Origin: Dongia mobilis
Lineage (GTDB): Bacteria > Pseudomonadota > Alphaproteobacteria > Dongiales > Dongiaceae
DNA: 64,000 nt
Direction: 5' to 3'
Assembly: GCA_945906275.1 (NCBI GenBank)
Contig: CAMDRA010000001.1
Span: forward strand, 8,504 to 72,503
Below the pieces are notes generated by a model. That model was not told the origin of the DNA and did not search any database. It worked only from the letters and a program-made list of their open reading frames with translations. Positions 29,783-40,101 of the stretch are shown here, piece by piece; positions within the stretch are counted from its first letter, which is position 1, and the number at the start of each line of letters is the position of its first letter. The position numbers and the translations under genes are program-made.

Positions 29783-30159
29783 GGGCGTGTTCCTGCAAAC
29801 GTGGTGCGACGATCGGGACTTATCTCGGGCGTCGAACCCATCGACACTTCAGTCGGTCATTTCAGCGCCCGCGTCACCAGACGCGCGCACAATGCCAACC
29901 AACGGAAATCCTGGACCCGGGGACCGAGGACCCTCCCTCAGAAGCGTCACGCCGCCGGTCTCCATGGAGAATCCGGCGGCGCGGCCGGGACCATAGCGAC
30001 CTTCTTGGCGATGTCAACGCCCCAACGGCTGGGGTCAAGGATCGGCAGTCAGAGCCTTATCCTTCTGGCGTTAACACCTCCTATACACTGCTGGGCGTTA
30101 AGGAATCGCTGCGAGGAAATCACGATCCAGGACCCCCTTAAAGAATGATGTGGCCCCTC

Positions 30160-31752
30160 TCAGGCAGAACGCAAGGCTTTCTCGCGGCGGCGCTGCACCG
30201 ACGAAGAAATTCTCAATGATTCTCGATACTTGGCAACAGTACGGCGAGCAATATCAACACCCTGTCCCTGCAGGATGGTGACCAGCCGGTCATCGGACAG
30301 GATGTCGGCCGCCCCTTCCGCGTCGATCAGTTCCTTGATTCGCTGGCGCACGGCCTCAGCCGAATGCGCGGCCTGCCCGTCAGACCCCTGGATGGCCGCC
30401 GTGAAGAAGTATCTGAGCTCGAACACACCGCGCTGTGTCGCCATGAATTTGTTGGTGGTGACGCGGCTCACCGTGCTCTCATGCATGCCGATGGCATCGG
30501 CGATATCGCGCCGGATGAGCGGCTTCAGATGCTGCACGCCGTGCAGGAAAAACGCCTCCTGCTGCCGCACGATTTCGGTGGCGACCTTGAGGATCGTGGT
30601 GGCGCGCTGGTGGAGCGTCTTCACCAGCCAATTGGCAGTGGCCAGCCGTTCGTTGAGATAATCCTTCTCGGCCTTGCTGTGCGTCTTCGGCAGGATCCGC
30701 GCATGGTATTGCTGATTGACCAGCAGGCGCGGCAATTGCTCGGCGTTGAGTTCGATCGACCAGGATCCATCCTGGCGCCGCCAGACCATGATGTCAGGCA
30801 CCACGGCTTGGACGTCCGCCTGTTCGAAACTGGCGCCGGGCTTTGGATTCAAGGCGCGGATCTCGCTCACCATGTCGGCAAGATCTTCGGCGTCGATCCC
30901 GCACAGCTTCATCAACTGGTGACGGTCGTGCCTGGCGAGAAGCTCGAGATTGTCGAGCAGCGCCTGCATCGCCGGATCGAGGCGGTTGCGTTCCTTCAAC
31001 TGCAGCGCCAGGCATTCCGCAAGGTTGCGCGCAAACACGCCGCAAGGATCGAATTGCTGCACGCGGGCCAGCACCGCTTCGACCTGCGCCAGACTGCAGC
31101 CCAGCCGATCCGCCAGCTGCGCCAGATCGCCCGTGACATAGCCGGCGTCATCGACGAGATCAATCAGCTGCAGGCCGATCATGCGTTCCGTGGGATCCTG
31201 GATATCGAGATAGAGCTGGCGCTCCAGATGTTCGCGCAGCGTCTCCGGCTTGCTCAGCGTCTGCTCGAGGCCGAATTCGGAATCGGAGAAATCACTGCGG
31301 CCGCCGCCGGAGCCGGTGCCGGACCAATTGTCCGCAAAGCCGGATTCCTGGCTGACCGCACCTTCGCCCACGGCACGCTCGGCGCGGGTGTCCTCGGCGG
31401 TGTTGTAGAGATTGTCATAGTCGGTATCGAGCGGCGAGCGGCGGTCATCGCCCAGGGTTTCGGTCTGGACATATTCGCTGCTGTCCATGACGCGGTCAGG
31501 TGCCGGGGCCGGGGTGGGATCGCTGGTCATCGCCTCGAGACTGGCGAGGCGCCCGCTTTCCTCGCCGCCTTCGCCGGTCATGGCGCGCTCGTCCTCGCCG
31601 CGTTCGAGCAGCGGGTTCTGTTCGAGCTCCTGCTCGACATAGGCCGCGAGCTCCTGATTGGAAAGCTCAAGGAGCTTGATCGCCTGCTGAAGCTGCGGCG
31701 TCATCACCAGGCTCTGGGCCTGGCGCAAATCCATGCGCTGCGTTATCGCCAT
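30160..31752 (-). CDS. rpoN: RNA polymerase sigma-54 factor
   Basis: ORF 30160..31905 trimmed to ATG at 31752 (MAITQRMDLRQAQSLVMTPQLQQAIKLLELSN). RpoN box ARRTVAKYRESLRI at the C-terminus. Confidence 0.95.
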   Translation of the reverse strand: MAITQRMDLRQAQSLVMTPQLQQAIKLLELSNQELAAYVEQELEQNPLLERGEDERAMTGEGGEESGRLASLEAMTSDPTPAPAPDRVMDSSEYVQTETLGDDRRSPLDTDYDNLYNTAEDTRAERAVGEGAVSQESGFADNWSGTGSGGGRSDFSDSEFGLEQTLSKPETLREHLERQLYLDIQDPTERMIGLQLIDLVDDAGYVTGDLAQLADRLGCSLAQVEAVLARVQQFDPCGVFARNLAECLALQLKERNRLDPAMQALLDNLELLARHDRHQLMKLCGIDAEDLADMVSEIRALNPKPGASFEQADVQAVVPDIMVWRRQDGSWSIELNAEQLPRLLVNQQYHARILPKTHSKAEKDYLNERLATANWLVKTLHQRATTILKVATEIVRQQEAFFLHGVQHLKPLIRRDIADAIGMHESTVSRVTTNKFMATQRGVFELRYFFTAAIQGSDGQAAHSAEAVRQRIKELIDAEGAADILSDDRLVTILQGQGVDIARRTVAKYRESLRISSSVQRRREKALRSA

Positions 31753-31765
31753 AACAACAAGCGTA

Positions 31766-32626
31766 CTACAGGGAGAATCTTTCTCCAAGGTAAACGCGGC
31801 GGACATTCGGGTCCGACACGATGTCGGCGGGGCTGCCTTCGCGCAGGACCTCGCCTTCGTGCAGGATGTACGCCCGATCGACGATTTCCAGCGTATCGCG
31901 GACATTGTGATCGGTGATCAGCACGCCGATGCCGCGATCCTTCAGGTGCGAAATGATGTCGCGGATGTCGTTGACGGCGATCGGATCGATACCGGCCAGC
32001 GGCTCATCGAGCAGGATATAGCTGGGCCGGGTCGCCAGGGCCCGGGCGATTTCCACCCGGCGGCGCTCGCCGCCCGACAGGGCCATCGCCGGCACCTTGC
32101 GAAGATGGGCGATGGAAAAATCGCCCAGCAACCCATCGAGCCGGGCCGTTCGCGAGGCGGCGTCTCTGTCGACCACCTCAAGCACGGCCATGATATTGTC
32201 TTCGACCGACATGCCGCGAAAGATCGAGGCTTCCTGGGGCAGATAGCCGATGCCGCCGCGGGCGCGCTCGAACATCGGCTGGTCGGTCACTTCTTTGCCG
32301 TCGAGATAGATGGCACCGGCATCGGCCTTGATGAGGCCGGTGATGATATAGAAGCAGGTGGTCTTGCCGGCGCCGTTGGGACCGAGCAGGCCGACCGCCT
32401 CGCCGCGCTGGACACCGATCGACACATCGCGCAGCACTGGCTTCTTCTTGTACTGCTTGCCCAGATGATAGGCACACAGGCCCTCGACCCCGGATGGATC
32501 GACCGCGACGCCATTGACCTCGAACGATGCCTGGCCGTTCACTCTGCCTTCTTTCGCGCGCGCATCGGCGTCAACCACCGGTGGCTGATCTTCCGCCTGC
32601 TGGGCATTATCGGCGCCGTCAATCAT
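31766..32626 (-). CDS. lptB: LPS export ABC transporter ATP-binding protein
   Basis: GLLGPNGAGKTT, LSGGERRRVEIARAL, ILLDEPLAGIDP. ATGA overlap with the lptA stop supports the long N-terminus (about 45 extra residues). Confidence 0.9.
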   Translation of the reverse strand: MIDGADNAQQAEDQPPVVDADARAKEGRVNGQASFEVNGVAVDPSGVEGLCAYHLGKQYKKKPVLRDVSIGVQRGEAVGLLGPNGAGKTTCFYIITGLIKADAGAIYLDGKEVTDQPMFERARGGIGYLPQEASIFRGMSVEDNIMAVLEVVDRDAASRTARLDGLLGDFSIAHLRKVPAMALSGGERRRVEIARALATRPSYILLDEPLAGIDPIAVNDIRDIISHLKDRGIGVLITDHNVRDTLEIVDRAYILHEGEVLREGSPADIVSDPNVRRVYLGERFSL

Positions 32627-33531
32627 TGTGTCGTGTTGCCTGAAGAATTGTTGCTGGTCGATTTCGGCTTGATCAGCGTGTGGACACGGTTCGAGGCGCC
32701 ACCACCCAGGATGCGGCTGATCTTGCGCTTGTTGTCGATCTCGGCGCGCTGGCCCGAATATTCGTTGCCGCCGTCGATGATGCGCACATCGCCCGTCATC
32801 AAGGCGATGTCGGTGTCCGGGTTGAAGGCAAAATGCTTCGAATAGATGGTCTGCGTGCCGTTGATGACCTTGACCTTGCCGTCGGCCTCGATCTGGCTGA
32901 GCTTGCTTTTGCCTTCAGCATCGTCGGCAAAATAGAGCGTTGCCACATCGCCGTTGATGCGCGTGTCCTCGCGCACCACCACGGCATTGCCGCGCGCGGT
33001 GATCGCGTTGCGCCCGGTCCAGTATTCGATACGGTCGCGCGCCGTCACGGTATCGCTCTCGCTGACGATCTTGAGATTGCCGCCGGTCAGCAGCAGCAGT
33101 TTTTCCGTGGCGCTGTACTCGCCATGCTCGCCATAGCCCACGGAACTGCCCGAGGTCACCTTGACATTGCCGGTGGCGACGATGCGGTCGAAGGAGCCCT
33201 CGTCACCGCTGGTATAGAACACCAGCGTGTCGGCGGCGATCGATGAATCACCCTGCTTGGCCACCGCATTGCCGCGCGCGGTATAGGTCTTTTCCTTGCT
33301 GCGCCACTCGATGCCCTGGTCGGCGCCCAGTTCGAAGGGCTGCGTCTCGTCACCGAAATCCATGCCCGAGCCGCCGCTGGCACCCGCATCAACCGCGACC
33401 GCATCCGGCGTCGCCTCTTGCGCCACGCCAGGCCATGCTGCCAGCACGAGCGGCAGCACGATGGCGCTCGCCCAAAGCCAGTTCTTCCTGCGCCAGGCGG
33501 TCGCCGCCACGGAGATTGCAAGCCCCCTCAT
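32623..33531 (-). CDS. lptA: LPS transport periplasmic protein LptA (OstA-like)
   Basis: Signal peptide, then repeated beta-jellyroll OstA-type segments (..ARGNAV..). Lies between lptC and lptB. ATGA overlap with the lptC stop. Confidence 0.8.
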   Translation of the reverse strand: MRGLAISVAATAWRRKNWLWASAIVLPLVLAAWPGVAQEATPDAVAVDAGASGGSGMDFGDETQPFELGADQGIEWRSKEKTYTARGNAVAKQGDSSIAADTLVFYTSGDEGSFDRIVATGNVKVTSGSSVGYGEHGEYSATEKLLLLTGGNLKIVSESDTVTARDRIEYWTGRNAITARGNAVVVREDTRINGDVATLYFADDAEGKSKLSQIEADGKVKVINGTQTIYSKHFAFNPDTDIALMTGDVRIIDGGNEYSGQRAEIDNKRKISRILGGGASNRVHTLIKPKSTSNNSSGNTTQ

Positions 33532-34208
33532 TCACCAATCCCCTTTTGCTTGGGCAGGATCTTGAGATGCGACCGGCCCTTGAACAGAACGGTCGCACCA
33601 TCATCGAGCATTTCGAAACCTTCCGCCGACAGTTCGCGCCGGTCGTCGCTGACGATGACCGGCGCCGTGCCCGAGGCGGTGTTGGCCTGCAGGTCCATCG
33701 CCGCCTGCTCGGTCGTGAAGGTCAGGCCGTTATCATGGTAGACCGTGACGGCACCGGTAAGGTCCACGCGGTCGAGCTTGCGGTCGTAAAGACCATGTTC
33801 GGCCGTGATTGCGATCCAGGTGATCTCGGACAGTTCGATTTCGGCCTGCGGCTCTTCAAGGTCGATGAGATCCTTGTTGCCCTTGGTCTCGGCGGCCGAG
33901 AGGGCCGTCACCGAGAAGGGCCTCTCTGACTTGCTCATGCCTTCGAAAGCGATGCCGCTCACCTTCATGCCGGCATCAAGCTTGGGCATGTCGTCGACCA
34001 CGGGGATGGTCACGACCGTGTCGGATTGCCTGTCATAGGAACTGTAGGTGAGATAGCCGATGATGCCGATGGCCAGGACCGGCAGGCTGATCTTGAGCCA
34101 CAGCAGCCGGTCGCGCTTGCGGTTGAAGATGGCGCGCGGGCCGGATATGGCCGGTCCCGCCAGATCTTTCGGCGCCCGCAGCTTGTCGATGAAATCGCGC
34201 ATCGCCAT
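33528..34208 (-). CDS. lptC: LPS export system protein LptC
   Basis: Single N-terminal TM segment (LLWLKISLPVLAIGIIGYLTY) plus a periplasmic beta domain. Position is between kdsD and lptA. ATG at 34208 is preferred over the TTG at 34241. Confidence 0.7.
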   Translation of the reverse strand: MAMRDFIDKLRAPKDLAGPAISGPRAIFNRKRDRLLWLKISLPVLAIGIIGYLTYSSYDRQSDTVVTIPVVDDMPKLDAGMKVSGIAFEGMSKSERPFSVTALSAAETKGNKDLIDLEEPQAEIELSEITWIAITAEHGLYDRKLDRVDLTGAVTVYHDNGLTFTTEQAAMDLQANTASGTAPVIVSDDRRELSAEGFEMLDDGATVLFKGRSHLKILPKQKGIGE

Positions 34209-34216
34209 GATTGTGC

Positions 34217-35197
34217 CTATGCCACCCCGGCGCGCAGGCAATCATGCAGGCGGATGATGCCCACCGGCTTGTCGCCATCGACCACGAACAATGTGGTAAT
34301 CTGCCTTTCGTTCATGATGCGCACGGCTTCGGCGGCAAGCACCGTAGCGGTAACGGTGAGGGGCTTTGCCGTCATCACGGCTTCGACCGCCTGGCCAAGG
34401 AGATCGGCCCCCATGTGGCGCCGCAGATCGCCGTCGGTGACGATGCCGACCAGCGCTCCCTGCGCGTCGATGGCGCCGACGCAGCCGAACGTCTTGCTCG
34501 ACATTTCGATGAGTGCCTGCGACATCGGCGCCGCCTTGTCGATCAACGGCACTTCGCCGCCGCGATGCATGAGGTCGGCCACCCGCAGCAGACGCTGCCC
34601 CAGCTTGCCGCCCGGATGCAGTTGATGGAAGTCCTCGACCGAAAAACCCTTGCGCTCGAGGAGGCCCAGCGCCAGCGCATCGCCCAGGGCCAGCATCATC
34701 GTCGTGGAGGAAGTGGGGGCAAGACCCAGCGCGCCTGCTTCGCCGGTCGGCGGCAGGGCCAGGGTGACATCAGCGGCGTTGCCAAGCGTACTCTTGCCGC
34801 GACTGGTGATGCCGATCAGCGGGATACGCCAACGGCGGGAATAAGCGATGAGGTCATTGAGTTCCGCGGTCTCACCCGAATTCGAGAGCGCCAGCACCGC
34901 ATCGGCGGACGTGATCATGCCCATGTCGCCGTGGCTGGCTTCCGCCGGATGGACGAACTGGGCCGGCGTGCCGGTCGAGGCCATGGTGGCCGCGATCTTG
35001 CGGGCGATATGGCCGGACTTGCCCATGCCGGTGACGATGACGCGCCCGGTTGCACCGTGCAGCAGATCGAGCGCGCGGTCGACCAGCAGGCGCCCATCGG
35101 CTGCCTCGAAGGTCGCAAAGAGCTGCGCCAGCGCGTCGGCTTCCTCATGGAGGACGGAAAGGGCAGCCTTCAGCCCCTGTGCGGAACGATCCGCCAT
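34217..35197 (-). CDS. kdsD: arabinose-5-phosphate isomerase (KpsF/GutQ family; SIS + 2 CBS)
   Basis: GRVIVTGMGKSGHIARKIAATMASTGTPAQFVHPAEASHGDMGM plus CBS pairs. ATG at 35197 (GGAG upstream) gives an E. coli-like distance to the GMGKSGH motif. Alternative upstream ATG at 35305. Confidence 0.88.
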   Translation of the reverse strand: MADRSAQGLKAALSVLHEEADALAQLFATFEAADGRLLVDRALDLLHGATGRVIVTGMGKSGHIARKIAATMASTGTPAQFVHPAEASHGDMGMITSADAVLALSNSGETAELNDLIAYSRRWRIPLIGITSRGKSTLGNAADVTLALPPTGEAGALGLAPTSSTTMMLALGDALALGLLERKGFSVEDFHQLHPGGKLGQRLLRVADLMHRGGEVPLIDKAAPMSQALIEMSSKTFGCVGAIDAQGALVGIVTDGDLRRHMGADLLGQAVEAVMTAKPLTVTATVLAAEAVRIMNERQITTLFVVDGDKPVGIIRLHDCLRAGVA

Positions 35198-35530
35198 GGC
35201 ATGGTCTCCGGCGACGGACCCGCCATCGGGCCGCGCCGGGGCGACGCCGGACGGGTTGGCCCCGCGCAACGCATCCCCAGACTTCGTGGCGTTCGCTTGG
35301 CTCATTCTCCGCACCGAGGCAAATCCCAGAAGGGCAAAACCCAGAGGGTCAAATTTCAATAAAATCGATGGCTGGCGTAAAACTACCGCCAATCCCGGGG
35401 CGAATCCACCAGGAGCGCGCGCCCACCCCTAACTAGGGTCAGCCAGCAGCGCTGTCAAGGAAAATCCCCTATATGGGACAATGGCTTAGCTGTTGGGCGG
35501 GCGAAGCGGTGCGTGGTGGCGCGGCACACC

Positions 35531-36154
35531 TCAATGGGCAAAGATATCCGGCTCGTCATAGCCCAGCAGGTCGACGCGCGCACGGGCGGGCAGGAAGTCG
35601 AAACAGGCGCGCGCCAGCTCCGTCCGACCTTCCCGGGCGAGGAGCTCGTCGAACTTCTCCTTCAGGCGGTGGAGATGGAGGACGTCGGAGGCGGCATATT
35701 TCAGCTGCTCTTCGGTCAGCTGCGGCGCGCCCCAATCGGAACTCTGCTGCTGTTTCGAAATCTCGACGCCGAGCAATTCCTTGCAAAGGTCCTTGAGACC
35801 GTGCCGGTCGGTGAAGGTCCGGGTCATCTTGGCGGCGATCTTGGTGCAATAGACCGGGCGGCAATCAATACCGAGATAGTGCCACAGCACCCCAAGGTCG
35901 AAGCGCGCAAAATGGAACAGTTTGAGCACCGCCGGATCTTCCAGCAGCGCCTGCAGGCGCGGCGCGCGGTGCGGCTTGTCCGGGCGGCAGAGCGGGATCT
36001 GGACCAGATGGCAGATGCCGTTGCCGGACGACAACTGCACCAGGCAGAGCCGGTCGCGATGGGCATTGAGGCCCATGGTTTCGGTGTCGATGGCGACGGA
36101 GGCGCCGAAATCGAGGCCTTCCGGCAAATCGCCCTGATGGAGATGGATGCTCAT
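35531..36154 (-). CDS. rnd: short-form ribonuclease D (DEDD 3'-5' exonuclease domain only)
   Basis: ORF 35531..36472 trimmed to ATG at 36154, which has GGAGGCG upstream. VAIDTETMGL..LFHFARFDL..YAASDVLHLHRL are the ExoI-III motifs. Confidence 0.8.
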   Translation of the reverse strand: MSIHLHQGDLPEGLDFGASVAIDTETMGLNAHRDRLCLVQLSSGNGICHLVQIPLCRPDKPHRAPRLQALLEDPAVLKLFHFARFDLGVLWHYLGIDCRPVYCTKIAAKMTRTFTDRHGLKDLCKELLGVEISKQQQSSDWGAPQLTEEQLKYAASDVLHLHRLKEKFDELLAREGRTELARACFDFLPARARVDLLGYDEPDIFAH

Positions 36155-36275
36155 ATCGCCTCCCAACCTGATGATCCTTGGGCCCTTACGGGGCCAAGGC
36201 TTCGGCTGCTCCCGCCGATGGTAGGGGGCTGCAAACCCCGCGGGGAGAGAAGCCCCCCAACATGAAGCTGGAGAA

Positions 36276-36360
36276 TGGTGCCCAGGAGAAGACTCGAACT
36301 TCCACGGGTTGCCCCACAGATACCTGAAACCTGCGCGTCTACCAATTCCGCCACCTGGGC
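36276..36360 (-). tRNA. tRNA-Leu (anticodon CAG)
   Basis: The reverse complement reads GCCCAGGTGGCGGAATTGGTAGACGCGCAGGTTTCAGGTATCTGTGGGGCAACCCGTGGAAGTTCGAGTCTTCTCCTGGGCACCA (85 nt). It has a long variable arm, anticodon loop TT-CAG-GT, and an encoded CCA. Confidence 0.92.
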
Positions 36361-36579
36361 AGGGGGCCGAAAGCCCGCGCATTCTCGTCAGGCGCGACTG
36401 AATGTCAACCCTGATTTGGGACTTTTTCCAAGTATTTACGATCACCGGCGAGATGCGTGAATACATTGCCAAATCGGCCCTGATATCCGTATTTTAAGGC
36501 ACCTTTCCGGTCACCCATTTCGGCATGCCATGTCTGATTGGGGCCGGTTCCGGCAGATCACGACGTGAATGAGGATGAG

Positions 36580-37524
36580 ATGATGGCTCGCGGCTTGGTG
36601 ACCGTGTTCGGCGGTTCGGGCTTTATCGGACGCTATGTGGTGCAGCGCCTGGCGCGCGCCGGCTGGCAGGTGCGGGTGGCAGTGCGCCGCCCGGACGAGG
36701 CGCTGTTCCTCAAAACCGCCGGCGATGTCGGCCAGGTAACGCCGGTCGCCGCCAACATCCGCGACGACCGCTCCGTGGCGGCGGCTGTCGCCGGAGCCGA
36801 TGCCGTCGTCAATCTCGTGGGCATCCTCTACCAGTCCGGCCGGCAGAAATTCGATGCCGTCCAGGCCAAGGGTGCCGCCCGCGTCGCCGCTGCCGCCAAG
36901 GCCGCCGGCGCCACCCGTTTCGTCCAGATCTCGGCGATCGGCGCCGATCCAAGCTCCGACTCGCTCTATGCCCGCTCGAAGGCCGAGGGCGAACAGGCCG
37001 TGAAGCTCACCTTCCCCGGCGCCACCATCCTGCGCCCCTCGATCGTGTTCGGGCCGGAGGATGATTTCTTCAACCGCTTCGCCCGCATGGCCATGCTGTC
37101 ACCGGCACTGCCGCTGATCGGCGGCGGCCAGACAAAATTCCAGCCGGTCTATGTGGCCGACGTGGCAGCCGCGGTGGAACGGGTGCTCGAGGATGCCGGC
37201 ACAAGCGGCAAGACTTATGAACTCGGCGGCGCCCGCACCTATGCCTTCCGCGATCTCCTTTCCCTGATGCTGAAGGAGATCGGCCGCTGCCGCCTGCTGG
37301 TGCCACTGCCTTTCCCGCTCGCCATGTTGAAGGCGAGCTTCCTGCAGCTGTTGCCGATGCCGCTCCTCACCGTCGACCAGGTCCGGCTGCTGAAGAAAGA
37401 CAATGTCGTCTCGGCGGGCGCCCTGGGCTTCAAGGATCTCGGCCTCACGCCAACCGCGCTCGAAGCGGTGCTGCCAACCTATCTCGATAAATACCGCCCG
37501 CTCGGCTACTACAACCGGGCCTGA
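36580..37524 (+). CDS. complex I NDUFA9-like NAD(P)-binding epimerase/dehydratase family protein
   Basis: ORF 36538..37524 with ATG at 36580. Rossmann motif VFGGSGFIGRYVVQRLARAG..V.VAVRRP. Overall pattern is that of alphaproteobacterial NDUFA9 homologues. Confidence 0.75.
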   Translation: MMARGLVTVFGGSGFIGRYVVQRLARAGWQVRVAVRRPDEALFLKTAGDVGQVTPVAANIRDDRSVAAAVAGADAVVNLVGILYQSGRQKFDAVQAKGAARVAAAAKAAGATRFVQISAIGADPSSDSLYARSKAEGEQAVKLTFPGATILRPSIVFGPEDDFFNRFARMAMLSPALPLIGGGQTKFQPVYVADVAAAVERVLEDAGTSGKTYELGGARTYAFRDLLSLMLKEIGRCRLLVPLPFPLAMLKASFLQLLPMPLLTVDQVRLLKKDNVVSAGALGFKDLGLTPTALEAVLPTYLDKYRPLGYYNRA

Positions 37525-37550
37525 TCCAAGGCACGCAAGGGAGGCTTCGC

Positions 37551-38285
37551 ATGCGGTTCCTGGTGTTCCAGCACATTGCCTGCGAGCATCCCGGCATCTT
37601 CCGCGATTTCTTCAAGGCGGACGGCATCGCTTACGACGCCATTGAACTCGACGCAGGCGAGGCCATCCCCTCGCTCGACGGCTATGACGCGCTCTGGGTC
37701 ATGGGTGGCCCGATGGATGTGTGGGAAGAAGACCAGCATCCCTGGCTGATCCCTGAAAAGGCCGCCATCCGCGAAGCCGTCCTCGATCGGCGAATGCCCT
37801 ATATGGGCCTCTGCCTCGGTCATCAATTGCTGGGTTCGGCCTTGGGCGTCGAGGTCGGCAAGATGGCAGCACCCGAGGTTGGCCTGCTCGATGTCGATCT
37901 CACCGCGGCGGGCGTGTCAGATCCGTTGATGGCGGGATTGCCGCCGCGGCAGAAAGCATTGCAATGGCACGGCGCCGAAGTGAAGTCCCTGCCCAAGGAT
38001 GCGGTGCTGCTCGCCTCTTCGCCGCTCTGTCCCATCCAGGCGATGCGCGTCGGCCCCCACGCCTATGGCCTCCAATATCATGTCGAACTCACCAGCCGCA
38101 CCGTGCCCGAATGGGGCGAGGTGCCGGCCTATGCCTGCGCCCTCGATGACTCGCTTGGCAACGGCGCCCTGCCGCGCCTGCGCGACGATGCAGCAAGGCT
38201 GATGCCGGAATTCAACCGCACGGCAAAAGGCCTCTACGATAATTGGGTGGGCCTCATTCGCGGCGTGGCGCGCGCTGCACAATAG
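37551..38285 (+). CDS. type 1 glutamine amidotransferase-like protein
   Basis: MRFLVFQHIACEHPGIF...GLCLGHQLL (nucleophile Cys elbow) ...YGLQYHVE (His). Confidence 0.8.
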   Translation: MRFLVFQHIACEHPGIFRDFFKADGIAYDAIELDAGEAIPSLDGYDALWVMGGPMDVWEEDQHPWLIPEKAAIREAVLDRRMPYMGLCLGHQLLGSALGVEVGKMAAPEVGLLDVDLTAAGVSDPLMAGLPPRQKALQWHGAEVKSLPKDAVLLASSPLCPIQAMRVGPHAYGLQYHVELTSRTVPEWGEVPAYACALDDSLGNGALPRLRDDAARLMPEFNRTAKGLYDNWVGLIRGVARAAQ

Positions 38286-38655
38286 CTCCAGTTCGGCCGC
38301 CGCCCAATCGCGGGGATCCGGTCGCGGGACCCGCGGAAACCACGTTTGTCAGCAGAAGTTCGGACCTGTCAGCTTCGACAACATGTCTGTTGTCGCCGGT
38401 GGACCGGCGCCCCATGAACCACCACATCCAAAGCCCCCAAAGCGGGCCACCAAGAAATACCCAGATTGCCGACGTCATCACTGCATCCCCAAACGTCGGC
38501 GGCTGTCCTTCATAAATCTTCCAAAGCAATGACAGCAGTGCGGTCCCCGTGCCCCAACCAAGAATTCCTGGACCGACGATCCAGGCAACCTTTCCGAAGT
38601 GCGGAATTTCTCGCTGCCAAGCGCGCGCTGCAGATTGTTCTTCCATCGATCTCAC
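38254..38655 (-). CDS. hypothetical membrane protein (weak call)
   Basis: Two clear hydrophobic segments (VAWIVGPGILGWGTGTALLSLLW, AIWVFLGGPLWGLWMWWFM) and somewhat lower local GC. The C-terminal third looks non-genic and overlaps the GATase 3' end by 32 nt. Confidence 0.35.
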   Translation of the reverse strand: MRSMEEQSAARAWQREIPHFGKVAWIVGPGILGWGTGTALLSLLWKIYEGQPPTFGDAVMTSAIWVFLGGPLWGLWMWWFMGRRSTGDNRHVVEADRSELLLTNVVSAGPATGSPRLGGGRTGAIVQRAPRRE

Positions 38656-38856
38656 CGAAACAGAATTCCCTGCGGAGCAATCTCTTCGGTCGCATCATGT
38701 CGTGAACATCTATTTCGAGCAATACCAATCGGACGCCGCCACCGGACCTTGGGGATCCGGCTGCGACGCCCGAGGCAGCCGCCCTGGCACAGGGGACGGC
38801 CGGCCGGAATCGGCTGCCGGATCGTCTGTCGCGGTCGCCCTGCTTTTGGTTCGAAA

Positions 38857-40101
38857 CTATTTCTGGGCAGCCTGCCGGCGCCAGATCGCCCTGATCAACA
38901 GCAAGGCGAGAGCTGTCAGCAGGAAGGGCGCCAGGATGATGCGGCCCTGATGCAAGGGGATCATCGCCCAGGGCAGAATCCACGCAAAGATCAGCAAGAG
39001 CCTGCGCAACGGTCCCGACCCGGCACCCAGAATTTCCGGATCGCGCCAGCACCACAGGATCACCGGCGCCACGATGACGAGATCGTAATTGTGGATGTAG
39101 GGTGTCGCCAGCACGCTCACCAGCAGCAGCAGCGCAAGGCGCGCGCGATCGTGGCTGAGCGGCTGCGGTGTGTTGCGGCCCGGGCTGATGCGGCTGGGCC
39201 AGAAGAGCCACAGCCACAATCCCACCAACACCAGCGAGATCGCCGACTGGATGGCGAAGGCCGCCTGCGTCGGCACGTGCAGCAATTGCAGCGCACTCGC
39301 CCAGTTCGGCCGCATGACACTGGCCGCCGGCAACTCGCCCGACATCATCACCGCGCGCATGGCGGGCGTGGTCACGTCGATGAAACCCTGCCAGGGCGAC
39401 CAGCCGAGCAACAGCACGGTGAGGGTGATGAGCGCGACCGTCATGATGGCTGCCACCGCGATGATGGCGAAGTTCCGCCGCAGCAGCAGCACGATCGGGA
39501 TAAGCAGGCCGAATTGCGGCTTGACGGTGAGGAGTGCCGCCGACACGCCGGCCACGATCGGCTGCCGGCCGATAAAGCCCAGCGCTCCCATCAGCAGGCC
39601 GGCGGTGAGCGCGCCGGTCTGTCCGACGACGATGTTCATGGCGAGGGCGGGCGAGGTTGCGAGCAGCAGCAACTCAGGACCGCGAAAGCCGATGGAACGC
39701 GCGCCCCACAGGAAAATGAGCGTCGTGATCACGCACCAGATGATATAGGCCGGTACATAGCCCAGCCCACCCAGCGGCATGATCAGCGGCAGGAGATGCG
39801 GCGGATACGACCACATATGGCCTGGAAAGCCGGCGCCGAACTGGCTTTGCAGCAAGGCGTCATAGGCGGCGAAGTCAAACAGGGCCGATACATCGCCGCC
39901 AAGGGCCAGGCGCGCGCCGGTCCAGGTGTTGACGAAATCGAGGCCGATGACATGGCCGCGAAAGCCGAGATCGCCGGTGACGGCGGCATGCACCCACTGC
40001 GCTACGACCGCGAGCATGACCATGACATTGGCGAAGATGAGGGGACCGGTTCCGGTCCGGCCCGTGGGCGGCGACGGAGAATGATCCGCCGTCAGAGACA
40101 T
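38857..40101 (-). CDS. DUF2029 / GT87-like polytopic membrane glycosyltransferase-type protein
   Basis: ORF 38857..40293 trimmed to ATG at 40101. More than 8 TM segments. The N-terminal FVNTWTGARLAL..FDFAAYDALL..WSYPPHLLPLIMPLG pattern recalls DUF2029 proteins (from memory). Confidence 0.6.
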   Translation of the reverse strand: MSLTADHSPSPPTGRTGTGPLIFANVMVMLAVVAQWVHAAVTGDLGFRGHVIGLDFVNTWTGARLALGGDVSALFDFAAYDALLQSQFGAGFPGHMWSYPPHLLPLIMPLGGLGYVPAYIIWCVITTLIFLWGARSIGFRGPELLLLATSPALAMNIVVGQTGALTAGLLMGALGFIGRQPIVAGVSAALLTVKPQFGLLIPIVLLLRRNFAIIAVAAIMTVALITLTVLLLGWSPWQGFIDVTTPAMRAVMMSGELPAASVMRPNWASALQLLHVPTQAAFAIQSAISLVLVGLWLWLFWPSRISPGRNTPQPLSHDRARLALLLLVSVLATPYIHNYDLVIVAPVILWCWRDPEILGAGSGPLRRLLLIFAWILPWAMIPLHQGRIILAPFLLTALALLLIRAIWRRQAAQK